A DNA stretch of 32,367 bases, taken from Chiloscyllium plagiosum. Taxonomy: Eukaryota. Below the pieces are notes generated by a model. That model saw nothing but the letters and a program-made list of their open reading frames with translations. It searched no databases and had not been told where the DNA came from. Made by a program: the position numbers and the translations under genes. The stretch lies in contig NW_025213354.1 of assembly GCF_004010195.1 (NCBI RefSeq), forward strand, positions 1-32,367, in the 5' to 3' direction. How positions within the stretch are numbered: the stretch's first letter is position 1; each line of letters starts with the position of its first letter. Positions 1-9,112 of the stretch are shown piece by piece.

Positions 1-285
1 TGTGGGTGACATTGAGGGTCAGGTTGGGAGCGGTGTTGGATGACAGTGAAGGTCAGGCTGGGGGTGGTGTGTGGGCAGCAGTGATGATCAGGCTGGGGAC
101 AGTGTTTGACGGCAGTGAGGGTCAGGCTGGGGCCAATGTTGGACGGCGGTGACGGTCAGGCTGGGGGTGGTATGTGATCAGCAGTGAGTATCAGGTTGGG
201 ACTGGTGTTGGACGGCAGTGAGGGTCAGGCTGGGGGCGGTGTTGGACAGTGGTGAGGGTCAGTCTGGTGTCGGTAAGGTCAGGTT
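1..285. repeat. Degenerate GT-rich minisatellite, 34/35-bp unit (about GTGAGGGTCAGGCTGGGGGCGGTGTTGGACGGCA), about 8 copies, cut by the window edge
   Basis: The (G/T/A)GTCAGG-like anchor recurs at 17, 51, 86, 120, 154, 189, 223 and 257 (spacings 34,35,34,34,35,34,34). Confidence 0.85.
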
Positions 286-301
286 GTGGGAGGTAGCTGC
301 A

Positions 302-461
302 ACGGAGAGCTGGAACTGACAACCGAAGCGGCAGATACAAATCACTATAAATGCCGGAGGAAACATCACAGAAGCGCTTCACAGGAGGCTCCCAAGCACT
401 GAGGATGTCACCTAGACAGGGGACGAAACGTCTGCAACACAAATTTCCAGCTCGGCGAACA
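302..461 (+). mobile_element. Penelope-like element 3' terminal (pLTR) fragment, same family as 2855-3193
   Basis: Diverged match to the reverse complement of about 2899-3060. It contains the hammerhead core at 399-432. Confidence 0.8.
396..435 (+). ncRNA. Minimal type I hammerhead ribozyme motif (PLE-associated)
   Basis: GCA-CTGAGGA-T-GTCACC-TAGACA-GGGGAC-GAAAC-GTC-TGC. It has the CUGANGA and GAAA core boxes, a stem II, a GUC cleavage triplet and a 3-bp stem I (GCA/TGC). Confidence 0.65.
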
Positions 462-675
462 TCTTCCTTGTCTCTAACAATCCCTCTCCAGCCTCAGACC
501 CCTCCCTAACTCTAATCCCCTCCAGTCTCTCAAAGCTGTGCGATATGTGCCTTTCTTTGATTTCGGCCTTGAGGATACCCCATTTTTATTTCTCACTTGA
601 TGACGGCCCTTTCAGATTCCTGCGTCGAGCTCCAGAATTTCTTACTAAACCCCTCCATTTCACTTTCCTCCCAAA
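462..675 (+). mobile_element. Old L2-clade LINE 3' region fragment (probably continues at about 960-1050 after the SINE)
   Basis: Pyrimidine-rich sequence with degenerate similarity to the recalled L2 ORF2 C-terminus (gccctttcag...gagctccagaatttcttactaaacccctcc). Confidence 0.45.
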
Positions 676-693
676 CACATTGACACACTGTAT

Positions 694-958
694 GGGCGGC
701 ATGGTGGCACAGTGACCCGGGTTCAATTCCGGCCTCAGGCGACTGACTGTGTGGAGTTTGCACGTTCTCCCCGTGTCTGCGTGGGTGTGCTCCGGTTTTC
801 TCCCACAGTCGCAAAGATGTGCAGGTCAGGTGAATTGGCCATGCTAAATTGCCCATAGTGTTAGGTTAGGGGTATGGGTGGGTTTCGCTTCGGCGGGTCG
901 GTGTGGACTTGTTGGGCCGAAGGGCCTGTTTCCACACTGTAATGTAATGTAAAAAAAA
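694..958 (+). mobile_element. HE1-like tRNA-derived SINE with a deletion in the tRNA head
   Basis: GGGCGGCATGGTGGCACAGTG start, B-box GGTTCAATTCC, conserved core TGTGTGGAGTTTGCACGTTCTCCCCGTGTCTGCGTGGG, tail GGGCCGAAGGGCCTGTTTCCACACTGTAATGTAATGT-A8. It aligns to 14672-14988. Confidence 0.92.
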
Positions 959-1049
959 TGTAATCAATCATGTGTCATCTATTCTACTATCATTTTTTCT
1001 GACCTGGTTTCAAAGGTGGCCGATCATATTCCTGTATTAAGTGTCTTAA

Positions 1050-1248
1050 GGTTTACAGCACCGAAAAAGGCTCTGTAGGCCATTGAGTCTGTGCCAGTAA
1101 AAAAAACTATCACCAAACTATCCTGATCCATTTTACAATACACAGTCATCCGCACCATCTGTCTTGGTATCACAAGTTTGCACCTAAATATGCCTTAAAT
1201 GCGATTGGGAATTCTGTGCCTCCCACCCTTCCAGACAGTGAGGTTTAG
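1050..1248 (-). mobile_element. Degenerate CR1/HER1-type LINE 3' end
   Basis: Resembles the 3' end of the CR1 copy at 25370-25570 (tttacagcac...aaggc...ggcc; cttaaatg; cctcccacccttccagacagtgag). Confidence 0.55.
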
Positions 1249-1493
1249 TTCAACTGGTGCTCGATGATGGCATCACCCACAGGAACACAGAGCAGCTGGG
1301 TCTGTGCAAACCAGAGATCGCCCACACATTGGGAAGGCTGGCAGGGTCCCTGAGAGGGGGAAAAGGAGATTTACCAGGATGGTTCAAGGAATGGGGGATT
1401 GTAGTAGCATGTTTTGGATATTCTTTTAAATTATTCGTTGGTATGATATAGTTGTTGTTGATACATTGGGTTGATAATATCGATCTACAATAG

Positions 1494-1627
1494 ATGGATT
1501 CTCCTTCTCAACCTCTCCCCTTGCCTGGGCTGGGGTAACCTTCCGGTTAAACCACGACCAGACATCTCTCCCTAATGAGAGAGCAGCCCTATGGTCTGGT
1601 AGGACAATGCTGCCTTTACCTTTTACA
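1494..1627 (+). mobile_element. Body/3' part of a second SINE family
   Basis: ccttctcaacctctccccttgcctg...ggttaaaccacgaccag...gagagcagccctatggtc followed by a short ctttaccttttac tail. Recognised from recalled shark interspersed repeats. Confidence 0.45.
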
Positions 1628-1629
1628 CA

Positions 1630-1835
1630 GTGATGCCACTGTACCTCGGGGGTGGAGAGAGGGAATGCTGAGGGTGGTGGATGGGACACCATTTAGGCAC
1701 AGTGCTTTGTCCTGGAGGATGTTCATGTTCTTTAACATTGCTGGGAGCTGCACTGATGCAGGCAAGTGGACACCGTTCCAACACAACCCTGATGTGTACC
1801 TTATAGAGAGCAAACAGACATTGGGGAATCAGGGG
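1630..1835 (-). mobile_element. CR1/L2-group LINE ORF2 C-terminal pseudogene fragment
   Basis: ORF 1616..1813(-) LKNMNILQDKALCLNGVPSTTLSIPSLHPRGTVA resembles the recalled LKKLDxIQDKAARLIG..L.IHSLHHRR.VA C-terminal motif. Confidence 0.65.
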
Positions 1836-2699
1836 TTTGGGGAAACTGAGATTGTTCTCCTTGTAGCAAAGGAAATTGAGGGGAGCTGTGACAGAGGGGT
1901 TTACAAAAGTTACCCGTTATAATAATGAACCTTACACCCATCAGCTCATTGTACAAGGAAGACAGGACACATTGAAGGTGTGGGGAGAACTCTTGAGAGA
2001 ATGGGATGATTTAAAGGAGAACTTTTATGCAGTAAATGGGATTGAGCTGGAACACAATGTTCACGCACAATGGGAATATCCAGGTCCTGATGAATTGAGT
2101 AATTCTGTCAGGGTTTGGCGTTACAGTTACTGAGATTACCATCTAAATGTCCACCTGTAGTATCCTCTAATACAAGTTATAAAATCTGTCACTGTCAGTT
2201 CAGGTTAGAAACTCACACCATCCCCTCCTCCTGGGCCAGGATGACTGTACACATTACCCTTTCTGGAGGTCAGCAGTTAGTTCAGGGGGAAATCTATGTG
2301 GGTTTCTAGGAGTTTCCACCTTGGGAATTCATGTGACTGAACCCGGCAGAATTTTCATAGATGGGATAGAATATTCCAAGAGTCAGTGCGATGTGGAGAG
2401 CAGGATTTCCTTCCTTTTCTTTCCTTCCGTGTTGCCGCTGTGCCTCATCAATAAGACATGGGGAGTGAAAAGCTCATGCAGCGCGATGGGCAAGTTGTCT
2501 CCATTCTGACCAATGGGCAGCAAGCTCCTCCTAGTCATCCCATAGAGTCTCACGGAAAACAGAGCAACACTACACGCTTCCCACTGTCCAGGACTCCCAG
2601 TAAACGTTTAGAAGAATTGGTGGGAATCTGTCAGAAAAGGCATAACTGTAAAGTTCTAAGAGGACTTTGAAGAGGGAGAGATGCACAGGAGAAGGGGGC

Positions 2700-2827
2700 A
2701 ACAAGTTGCCAGATGGAGTATAATTTGGGAAAATGGGAAGTTGGTCATTTTGGAGGAGATAATAAAAGAACAGAGTGCTATTTAAATGGTGGAAACTGTA
2801 GAAAGCTGCACCACAAAGGGACCAGGG
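2700..2827 (+). mobile_element. CR1 LINE reverse transcriptase fragment
   Basis: Translates QMEYNLGKWEVGHFGGDNKRTECYLNG, homologous to WQMEYNMGKYEVMQFGRKNRGMDCFLNG at about 22504-22587. Confidence 0.85.
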
Positions 2828-2854
2828 NNNNNNNNNNNNNNNNNNNNNNNNNNN
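2828..2854. other. Assembly gap (27 N)
   Basis: Run of n characters. Confidence 1.
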
Positions 2855-2926
2855 AAGTTTGTGTGAAGATTTGTAGCTCGGGTGCTCGTTGTTGTGGTTC
2901 TGTTCGCCGAGTTGGAAGTTTTTGTT

Positions 2927-2966
2927 GCAAACGTTTCGTCCCCTGGCTGGGCGACATCATCAGTGC
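2927..2966 (-). ncRNA. Minimal type I hammerhead ribozyme motif
   Basis: Reverse complement reads GCA-CTGATGA-T-GTCGCC-CAGCCA-GGGGAC-GAAAC-GTT-TGC. Confidence 0.65.
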
Positions 2967-3117
2967 TTGGGAGCCTCCTGCGAAGCGCTTCTTTGATGTT
3001 TCCTCCGGTGTTTATAGTGGTCTGTCCCTGCCGCTTCCGGTTGTCAGTTTCAGCTGTCCGCTGTAGTGGTTGGTATATTGGGTCCAGATCGATGTGTTTG
3101 TTCCAGGAGGCTCCCAA

Positions 3118-3157
3118 GCACTGATGATGTCGCCTCGCCAGGGGACGAAACGTTTGC
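3118..3157 (+). ncRNA. Minimal type I hammerhead ribozyme motif
   Basis: GCA-CTGATGA-T-GTCGCC-TCGCCA-GGGGAC-GAAAC-GTT-TGC. Confidence 0.65.
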
Positions 3158-3511
3158 AACAAAAACTTCCAGCTCGGCGAACAGAACCACAACGGCAATA
3201 TTGTGAAGAATGTAGTTCTACATCAGATATTTCCCAGTGGGGGGGAGGGGCTCAGCAGTAAGGGAATGTAATTTGTAATAGCAACTGAAGGCAATGGCTT
3301 TAACCATTACAATGTTTCACTGGAGAAAATTGCAGCTAATCGAGTAGTGGGAGTGTGATGAGCAGTTTGATAACTGAGTAATGAAGAGGTATGACGGGGA
3401 GGTAGAGTTGGGCAGTGTCAGTGTACATGTTAAACCTCACACTGTGCTTTTGGACAAAGCCACCTCCTGGCAGTATGTCGGTGAGAAACAGGAGGGACCA
3501 AGGAGAGATCC

Positions 3512-3832
3512 TTAGATTCCCTACAGTGTGGAAACAGTCCCTTCGGCCCAACAAGTCCACACCGACCCTCCGAAGAGGAACCCATCCAGACCCATTCCCC
3601 TACGTTTACCACTGATTGATGCACCTAACACTACAGGCAATTTAGCATGGCCATTTCACCTAACCTGCACATCTTTGGAATATGGGATGAAACCGGAGCA
3701 CTCGGAGGAAACCCACGCAGACACGGGGAGAATGTGCAAACTCCACACAGTCAGTTGCCCGAGTCTGGAATCGAACCTGGGTCCCTGATGCTGTGAGGCA
3801 GCAGTGCTCACCATTGAGCCACCGTGCTGGCC
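3512..3832 (-). mobile_element. HE1-like SINE, full length
   Basis: The reverse complement has a tRNA head (CACGGTGGCTCAATGGTGAGCACTGCTGCCTCACAGC, GGTTCGATTCC), the conserved core and a GGGCCGAAGGGACTGTTTCCACACTGTAGGGAATCTAA tail. Confidence 0.92.
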
Positions 3833-3864
3833 AACCCTTGAGGGACACCACATGCAATGAATTC

Positions 3865-4085
3865 AGAAAGGAAATCAGAGAGGTTATCACAGCTGCAGAA
3901 GTTACCATTGTCGAGGAGGGTCTGCCTACTGAGGCAGTATGGGTGTAAATTAGAAGCAGTAAGGGAGCAGTCACCTCATTAGGGGTTTACTACAGGCCCC
4001 CAAACAGCAGCAGGGAGATTGAAGAAAGCATAGGTCGGCAGATTTTGGTAAAGAGTGAATGTAATAGGGATGTTGTAATGGGTCT
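3865..4085 (+). mobile_element. CR1 LINE APE-endonuclease domain fragment
   Basis: Translates TEAVWV*IRSSKGAVTSLGVYYRPPNSSREIEESIGRQIL..VVMG (YRPP motif). Confidence 0.85.
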
Positions 4086-5118
4086 TCCCCGTTGACAGCG
4101 AAGACGAAAAGATAATTGCCAACTGCTCTGCAATTTCCTCTCTTGCTTCCCACATAATCCTAAAATATATCCCGTGTGGCCCGGGGGACTTGTCTATTCT
4201 CAAGTTTTTCCAAATGCCCAACACATCTTCCTTCCTTTACCAGTCCGTTTCATACTCTCCTCTTCAATAATACGGTCCCTCTCATTTGTAAATACTGAAG
4301 AAAAGTACTCATTCAAGACCTCTCCTATCTCTTCCTACTCAATACACAGTCTCCCACTACTATCCTTGATCGGACCTACCCTCGTTTTCGTCATTCTCAT
4401 GTTTCTCACATACGCATAAAAGGCCTTGGGGTTATCATTGATTCTATCCACCAAAGATTTTTCATGCCCTCTCTTAGCTCTCCTAATCCCTTTCTTCAGC
4501 TCCCTCCTGGCTATCCTGTATCCCTCCAACGCTCTGTTTGAACCTTGTTTCCTCAGCCATATGTAAGCCTCTTCTTCCTCTTTACTAGACATTGAACCTC
4601 CCTCGTCAACCAATGTTCCCTCACACGACCATCTCTTTCCTGCCTGCCGGGTACATACATATCAAGGACACGTCGTATCTGTTCCTTGAAAATGTTCCAC
4701 ATTTGAATGACATCCTTCTCTGACAGCCTATGCTCCCAAATTATGCTCCTCAGACCCTGTCTTGCAGCATCGTAATTGTAAAATCTACCCTGTTGCATGC
4801 ACACATCTCCCTCCACAAGTCACAGAATTGTGGTCACCATCACCAAAATGGTCACCCACTAACAAGCCCATTACTTATCCTGGTTCGTTACAGAGTACCA
4901 AATCCAATATGGCCTCCTCTCTGGTCGGACAATCTACATACTGAGTTAGAAAAGCTTCCTGGACATACTCCACAAATACTGCCCCGTCCAATCAACTTAA
5001 TCTGAAGAGCTTCCAATCAATATTTGGGAAGCTGAAATCGCCCATGATGACTACCCAGTGGCTTCTGCACCTTACCAAAATCTGTTTCCCAATCTGTTTC
5101 TCCACATCTCTGCTGCTA
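4086..5118 (-). mobile_element. CR1 LINE ORF2 pseudogene fragment (endonuclease end, linker, start of RT)
   Basis: Minus-strand pieces VVIMGDFSFPNIDW, ARRELKKGIRRAKRGHEK..INDNPKAFYAYVR and LRIDKSPGPHGIY..EAREEIAE, separated by frameshifts and deletions. Confidence 0.9.
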
Positions 5119-5266
5119 TGAATGTCCTGGACCACTGTAGTGTTCCCCAACAGGGAAGGGGCACACTGGTCTGTTAATTGATGTGCAGTCGCCATTCATC
5201 CGTTCTGTCGCCTCTGCTCGGTTTCAGCAAAGTACCATGCCTCAAAGCATCTTTGCCTGCAGCGTG
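5119..5266 (-). mobile_element. Penelope-like GIY-YIG endonuclease fragment
   Basis: Reverse complement gives RCRQRCFEAWYFAETEQR...(frameshift)RMNG...PVGEHYSGPGHS, a degenerate WYIGET..RMNGH..VGEHF motif. Confidence 0.7.
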
Positions 5267-5269
5267 TTT

Positions 5270-5633
5270 TTTTTTAGTTTCGCGTCATTCTGAACATTAT
5301 GGCACGGACACCGCACACAGGGACTAACACCTTCAACAAATTATCTGGGTTGACACTAATTGTTAAAATTCACCTGAGAGTGTAACTATGAAAAGAAAGT
5401 TTTGTGATTTACATAAGAAAGAAATGAACCTAACAGATGGAAGACTTAACAAACAATCGAGTTATTTTTCAAAGTATAATTTCAGTTACGTCACACTGTA
5501 ACCTTTTGCTATAAATTCTGTATCTTACAACTGTGTACTCCACAACCACCAGATGAAGGAGCAGCTCCCCAAAAGCTAATGCTTCAAATTAAACCTGTTG
5601 GACTATGACCTGGTGTTGTGCGATTTTGAACTT
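5270..5633 (+). mobile_element. Penelope-like element 3' terminal region with a degenerate hammerhead (third PLE family)
   Basis: Ends ccacCAGATGA-AGGAGC-A-GCTCC-cc-AAAAGCTA...AAACCTGTTGGACTATGACCTGGTGTTGTGCGATTTTGAACTT. The hammerhead boxes are mutated (CAGATGA, AAAA) but the stem II hairpin is kept. Confidence 0.6.
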
Positions 5634-5928
5634 CGGAATTAGAATGTGGATCTCACAATTAAAACAGAAATGAGGAAGCATTTATTCTCTCAGACAGTTC
5701 TGGAACGGTATAATGTCTTGTAGCAGAAGGCTGTTGAGGAAGGGTCATTAGGTGTAATCAGGTTGAGATCGGCAGATCTTCTAACAGCAAAGATATCAAG
5801 CATTATGGGGAAAGGCAAGAATGTGCAGTTCAAGGTTTGCAGATTAGACATGAAACCATTCAGTAGCTGAACAGACTTGATGGTCTGAATGGTGTCTTTC
5901 TGTTCCTAAAATTGTTGGCCTTAATGTG
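5634..5928 (+). mobile_element. Old CR1 LINE 3' end
   Basis: Aligns loosely with 23040-23308 (gaaatgagga..ttctctcaga..gcagaaggctgt..gtcatt..atcaag..tatgggga..tggtctgaatgg..tttctgttcc). Confidence 0.75.
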
Positions 5929-6533
5929 AAGCTGGAAAACCGACCTGAGTAAAATGTGCCAAATTAAAAATGTGTGGTCCCCCGGAACACTGAACCGAGG
6001 TGAAATGTACAAAGAACTACACACAAAGAGCTGAAAATGTGGGTAATTGACTTGGAGTGATCAGTATACCAAAGTAAACAGCAAAACCAATATTCAGTGC
6101 GGACATTGAACCTGGCTCCACTAGGCATGAAGTTGGCTCTCACAAACCATCAATCCCCATCGATTTTCCTGACACCCTCTCCGTTCTTCATTGCAGCTGA
6201 CAACTGTAACATTTAGGAAAGCGATTCTGTCTGCTGCACAGCATCATTCTGCTTAGAAAGATCATGCAGAATTTCATATGGATTACTGTAAACGTTAACA
6301 TTTAACAAGCCATGACAGGGAAAACATTGAATACTTATCCCTATGATACCAGGGAAGACTTCTGGTAACATTACCCTGGACACCATGAGATTCGTCATTC
6401 TATTCTGCCATCCTTCTGTGCATGATCCCCTCAGCTCTATTCCGGTCTTGTCGGTTGGTTTACAATACTGAGGCTATCCAATCATCTGTTGCATTTCGGT
6501 TTCTGATGTATGAGACCTTCTCTCTGAGCTGGC

Positions 6534-6606
6534 AATGTGCTGGCTCGGTGGTGATAACACTGGTCTTGTAAACTAGAAAAGTGCTTGAAATAGCCCATTC
6601 CTGTTT
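6534..6606 (+). pseudogene. tRNA-Thr(TGT) pseudogene, D and anticodon arms recognisable
   Basis: 6541-6576 TGGCTCGGTGGTGATAACACTGGTCTTGTAAACTAG versus vertebrate Thr-TGT TAGCTCAGTGGTTAGAGCACTGGTCTTGTAAACCAG. Anticodon TGT at 6567-6569. The T-arm and acceptor stem are lost; a T5 run lies at 6604-6608. Confidence 0.65.
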
Positions 6607-7657
6607 TTCAATCCAGTAACTTGAGGAAAACGGTTCGGCAGGACAGGAAAAACCGAGCGTGAGCAATGATCCCGTTTGGCAGCAAGAACGAGGTGAGGCA
6701 GTACAAACTACAGAGTTTTGGGGAAAGAATGGGCCAGGAACACTGGGACGCAAGAGACTTAATGCTTCATTTCTTTGCAGTAACTAGACACTGGTGTTGA
6801 ACTCTGAAATGGGACAATATCAGCCAAGTGGGTGAATTCTTACTTTCTGCTTGTTTTTCCAGAGGCCTGTGTCACTCTTGGGGAAATGTGTCTGCGTGCT
6901 TCAGTCTGTGGGTAACATAGGGATTCACTGCTGCTTCATTCAGCCACACGGGTATTAGAACGAAACGTCTGTTAATGACATGCGAATAAAGAGACTTTCA
7001 ATCATTTCATGTTTATGCTGCATTAATCTGCGGTTATTGATCCACAGTTTAGATTCAGTCCCTGCAGTTAACATGCTGACTTCTCCAGTTTTTCATAGCT
7101 CAATGTGATGCATCAACTGTGTGTATAACGTGAGGGAGCTTGTTTCCCATATCTTGTGTTTATATGTGTCTTATGTCCAGCCTTCACCAATGGTTAGAGC
7201 AAGGGGAAAGGATGAGACCAATGTGTACGTCTGTCCGTGCCCATGCACGGCACCCACATCGGTAATTCTCTACTGTGCATTTACAGCAGTTATCGGTACT
7301 CCTACAACCAGCCCCTGCCCCTTTTGAAATATCTCCATTGTATTGTGCTGTGTCTCTGTGCTCATTTCGCCAAGGTGAATCACTTCTACCCAACCTGCTA
7401 CAGATTTCATCTGACAAAACACGTATTAAGAATCCCATGCATAAACATGCACTTCGCATCTCTCGCTATTTGGTTTTCCTGGATCTCTTTCAGACGTTCA
7501 TTTTAATTATTCCAATTCAATCTACATTTCAATGCAGTTTAGGCAACAGGCTCAAATTATTCTTTGAGACTTTATAATAACGTCGATGCATATAAATACA
7601 CTGTTGGAGTTCCAATTTCAAAACGACAGCTGTGATCATCCAAAAATAGCAACATTG

Positions 7658-7662
7658 AAAAA
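7658..7662 (-). terminator. RNA polymerase III terminator (T5) for tRNA-Ser
   Basis: TTTTT on the minus strand, 12 nt downstream of the tRNA 3' end. Confidence 0.7.
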
Positions 7663-7674
7663 CGTCTGGAACAG

Positions 7675-7756
7675 CGACGAGAGTGGGATTCGAACCCACG
7701 CGTGCAGAGGACAATGGATTAGCAGTCCATCGCCATAACCTCTCGGCCACCTCGTC
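7675..7756 (-). tRNA. tRNA-Ser (anticodon GCT), 82 nt, near-intact
   Basis: Reverse complement is GACGAGGTGGCCGAGAGGTTATGGCGATGGACTGCTAATCCATTGTCCTCTGCACGCGTGGGTTCGAATCCCACTCTCGTCG. It forms a full cloverleaf with long variable arm, A and B boxes and discriminator G. It has four substitutions against the recalled vertebrate consensus, one making a C.C mismatch in the variable arm. Confidence 0.92.
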
Positions 7757-8207
7757 AGGCGTAGGATGAGCCCTCTGATCTTATGAACAAGCGAATTGCG
7801 TACATTATGCACACCAGAGATATTTCTCCTTGGTATTGGTGAAATAATAAATAGCACAGTATGGTTCCAAGAGTATCGTCTGACCTCTGGGTGTGGGACA
7901 AGCGCACTCAGACTGTGACACTCTGCTCACAGTGATCAGAGCAAGAATGAAGAAATGAACAATGGATTAGCAGTCCATCGCCTTAACCTCTCGGCCACCT
8001 CGTCAGGCGTGGGATGAGCCCTCTGATCTTATGAACAAGCGAATTGCGTACATTATGCACACCAGAGATATTTCTCCTTGGTACTGGTGAAATGATAAAT
8101 AGCAGAGTATGGTTCCAAGAGTATGGTCCGACCTCTGGGTTGTGGGGCAAGCGCACTCCCACTGTGACACTCTGCTCACAGTGATCAGAGCAAGAATGAA
8201 GAAATGA
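7711..8207. repeat. Tandem duplication, 248/249-bp unit (7711-7958 and 7959-8207)
   Basis: Both units start ACAATGGATTAGCAGTCC and end GCAAGAATGAAGAAATGA, with scattered substitutions. Confidence 0.95.
7959..8004 (-). pseudogene. 5' half of tRNA-Ser(GCT), truncated duplicate
   Basis: Reverse complement is GACGAGGTGGCCGAGAGGTTAAGGCGATGGACTGCTAATCCATTGT, then unrelated sequence. There is no T-arm or B-box. Confidence 0.9.
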
Positions 8208-8878
8208 CGATGCAACAAGATCTGTTGAATTCTGAGAAGATTTGAAGTCAATGGAGTGGAGAGCCGGTGACAGCAGGAGATGTAAAGTTGTGTGTGAGGA
8301 ATTGTTTTCCAAACTGGAGGAGAGTGCATAGTGCTCAATGTCATTATTCGGAACACCTTTCTTCTGCTCAGATGTTTTGACACGCCCTTGTGTACAGGAC
8401 AGACAATTTCAAAATCGTAAATAAGGCTCAACTGAAAATTGAATTCAACAATGCAAAAACCTTGATCTGTATCATTTTCCTAGGCCATGCAACACCAAGT
8501 CACTGTATGATCACAGCAACACAGTGAGCAAGTGTCAGAAGGAAAATGAGTGCAGTGCCAAAGCGCATGCTGGGAGCAGCAATTGACACACGGGGAAGTG
8601 CATTTCCCATAACATGAACACTTCCCAAACAGCAGACTGCGATGGAAGAATTGAGAGGGATTTACACTTTGGAATTTGATGCCAGAGACACAATGGAGAT
8701 CTGTCATTGAGTCTGTTCAAGATGACGATTTTAACATTTCTACCGATGAAAAACAAAAAAAAAGGCTCATGGGTCAGGGAATGCAAATGTTGAATTTGTA
8801 TATTTCACCAAACTACCCATCTTTGCAATGAGTAGCTCACCACATTCCTCAAACAGGGTTAGAACCACTGGTGAAGAT

Positions 8879-8960
8879 GATCGCATAATGCCAGTTACCA
8901 GCTACGGAATCAGAGAACCGATCGCATAATGCCAGTTACCAGCTACGGAATCAGAGAACC
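8879..8960. repeat. Perfect 41-bp tandem duplication
   Basis: GATCGCATAATGCCAGTTACCAGCTACGGAATCAGAGAACC x2. Confidence 0.97.
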
Positions 8961-9016
8961 TCGGTTCCTTACCGTTAAGGTGCAGCCACGAATGTGGAGG
9001 TAAGCATTAATGTGTC

Positions 9017-9112
9017 GCTTCAGTGCTGCAGGTGACCAGTGCATGGTATCTCTGTGCCAGTATAGTGGGCTGTGCTCTGCCGAAGTTTTAAGTTTGAGCC
9101 TCACATGGAGCA
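9017..9112 (+). pseudogene. Intron-containing tRNA-Ile(TAT) pseudogene
   Basis: GCTTCAGTGCTGCAGGTGACCAGTGCATGGTATCTCTG (38 nt), a 22-nt intron, then CTGCCGAAGTTTTAAGTTTGAGCCTCACATGGAGCA (36 nt). This matches vertebrate Ile-TAT GCTCCAGTGGCGCA.../ATGCCGAGGTTGTGAGTTCGATCCTCACCTGGAGCA. The acceptor stem GCTTCA/TGGAGC still pairs. Confidence 0.75.

Larger units (their letters stand above)
2855..3193 (-). mobile_element. Short Penelope-like element: 3' end plus an inverted partial pLTR copy (90-bp inverted arms at 2891-2980 and 3104-3193)
   Basis: The minus strand encodes NKHIDLDPIYQPL, the C-terminus of the GIY-YIG ORF also seen at about 20816-20840. The arms are near-perfect reverse complements and each carries a hammerhead core. 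Confidence 0.85.

Noticed and set aside
593..856. Recurring ORFs such as MGNLAWPIHLTCTS / GRKPEHPEETHADTGR (also at 3.4-3.9 kb and 14.5-15 kb)
   Set aside because: These are translations of HE1-like SINE sequence, not proteins.
1876..2133. Protein-looking 85-aa ORF
   Set aside because: It has no ATG start and no motif I recognise. Part of it (about 1960-2060) looks like a decayed CR1 3' region.
6090..6163. Possible tRNA-Glu(TTC) relic on the minus strand
   Set aside because: Only a B-box-like GGTTCAATGTCC and TTCA are recognisable. The stems do not pair and it cannot be told apart from a SINE head.
6955..6975. CGAAACGTC, the 3' half of a hammerhead
   Set aside because: There is no upstream CTGANGA or stem II.
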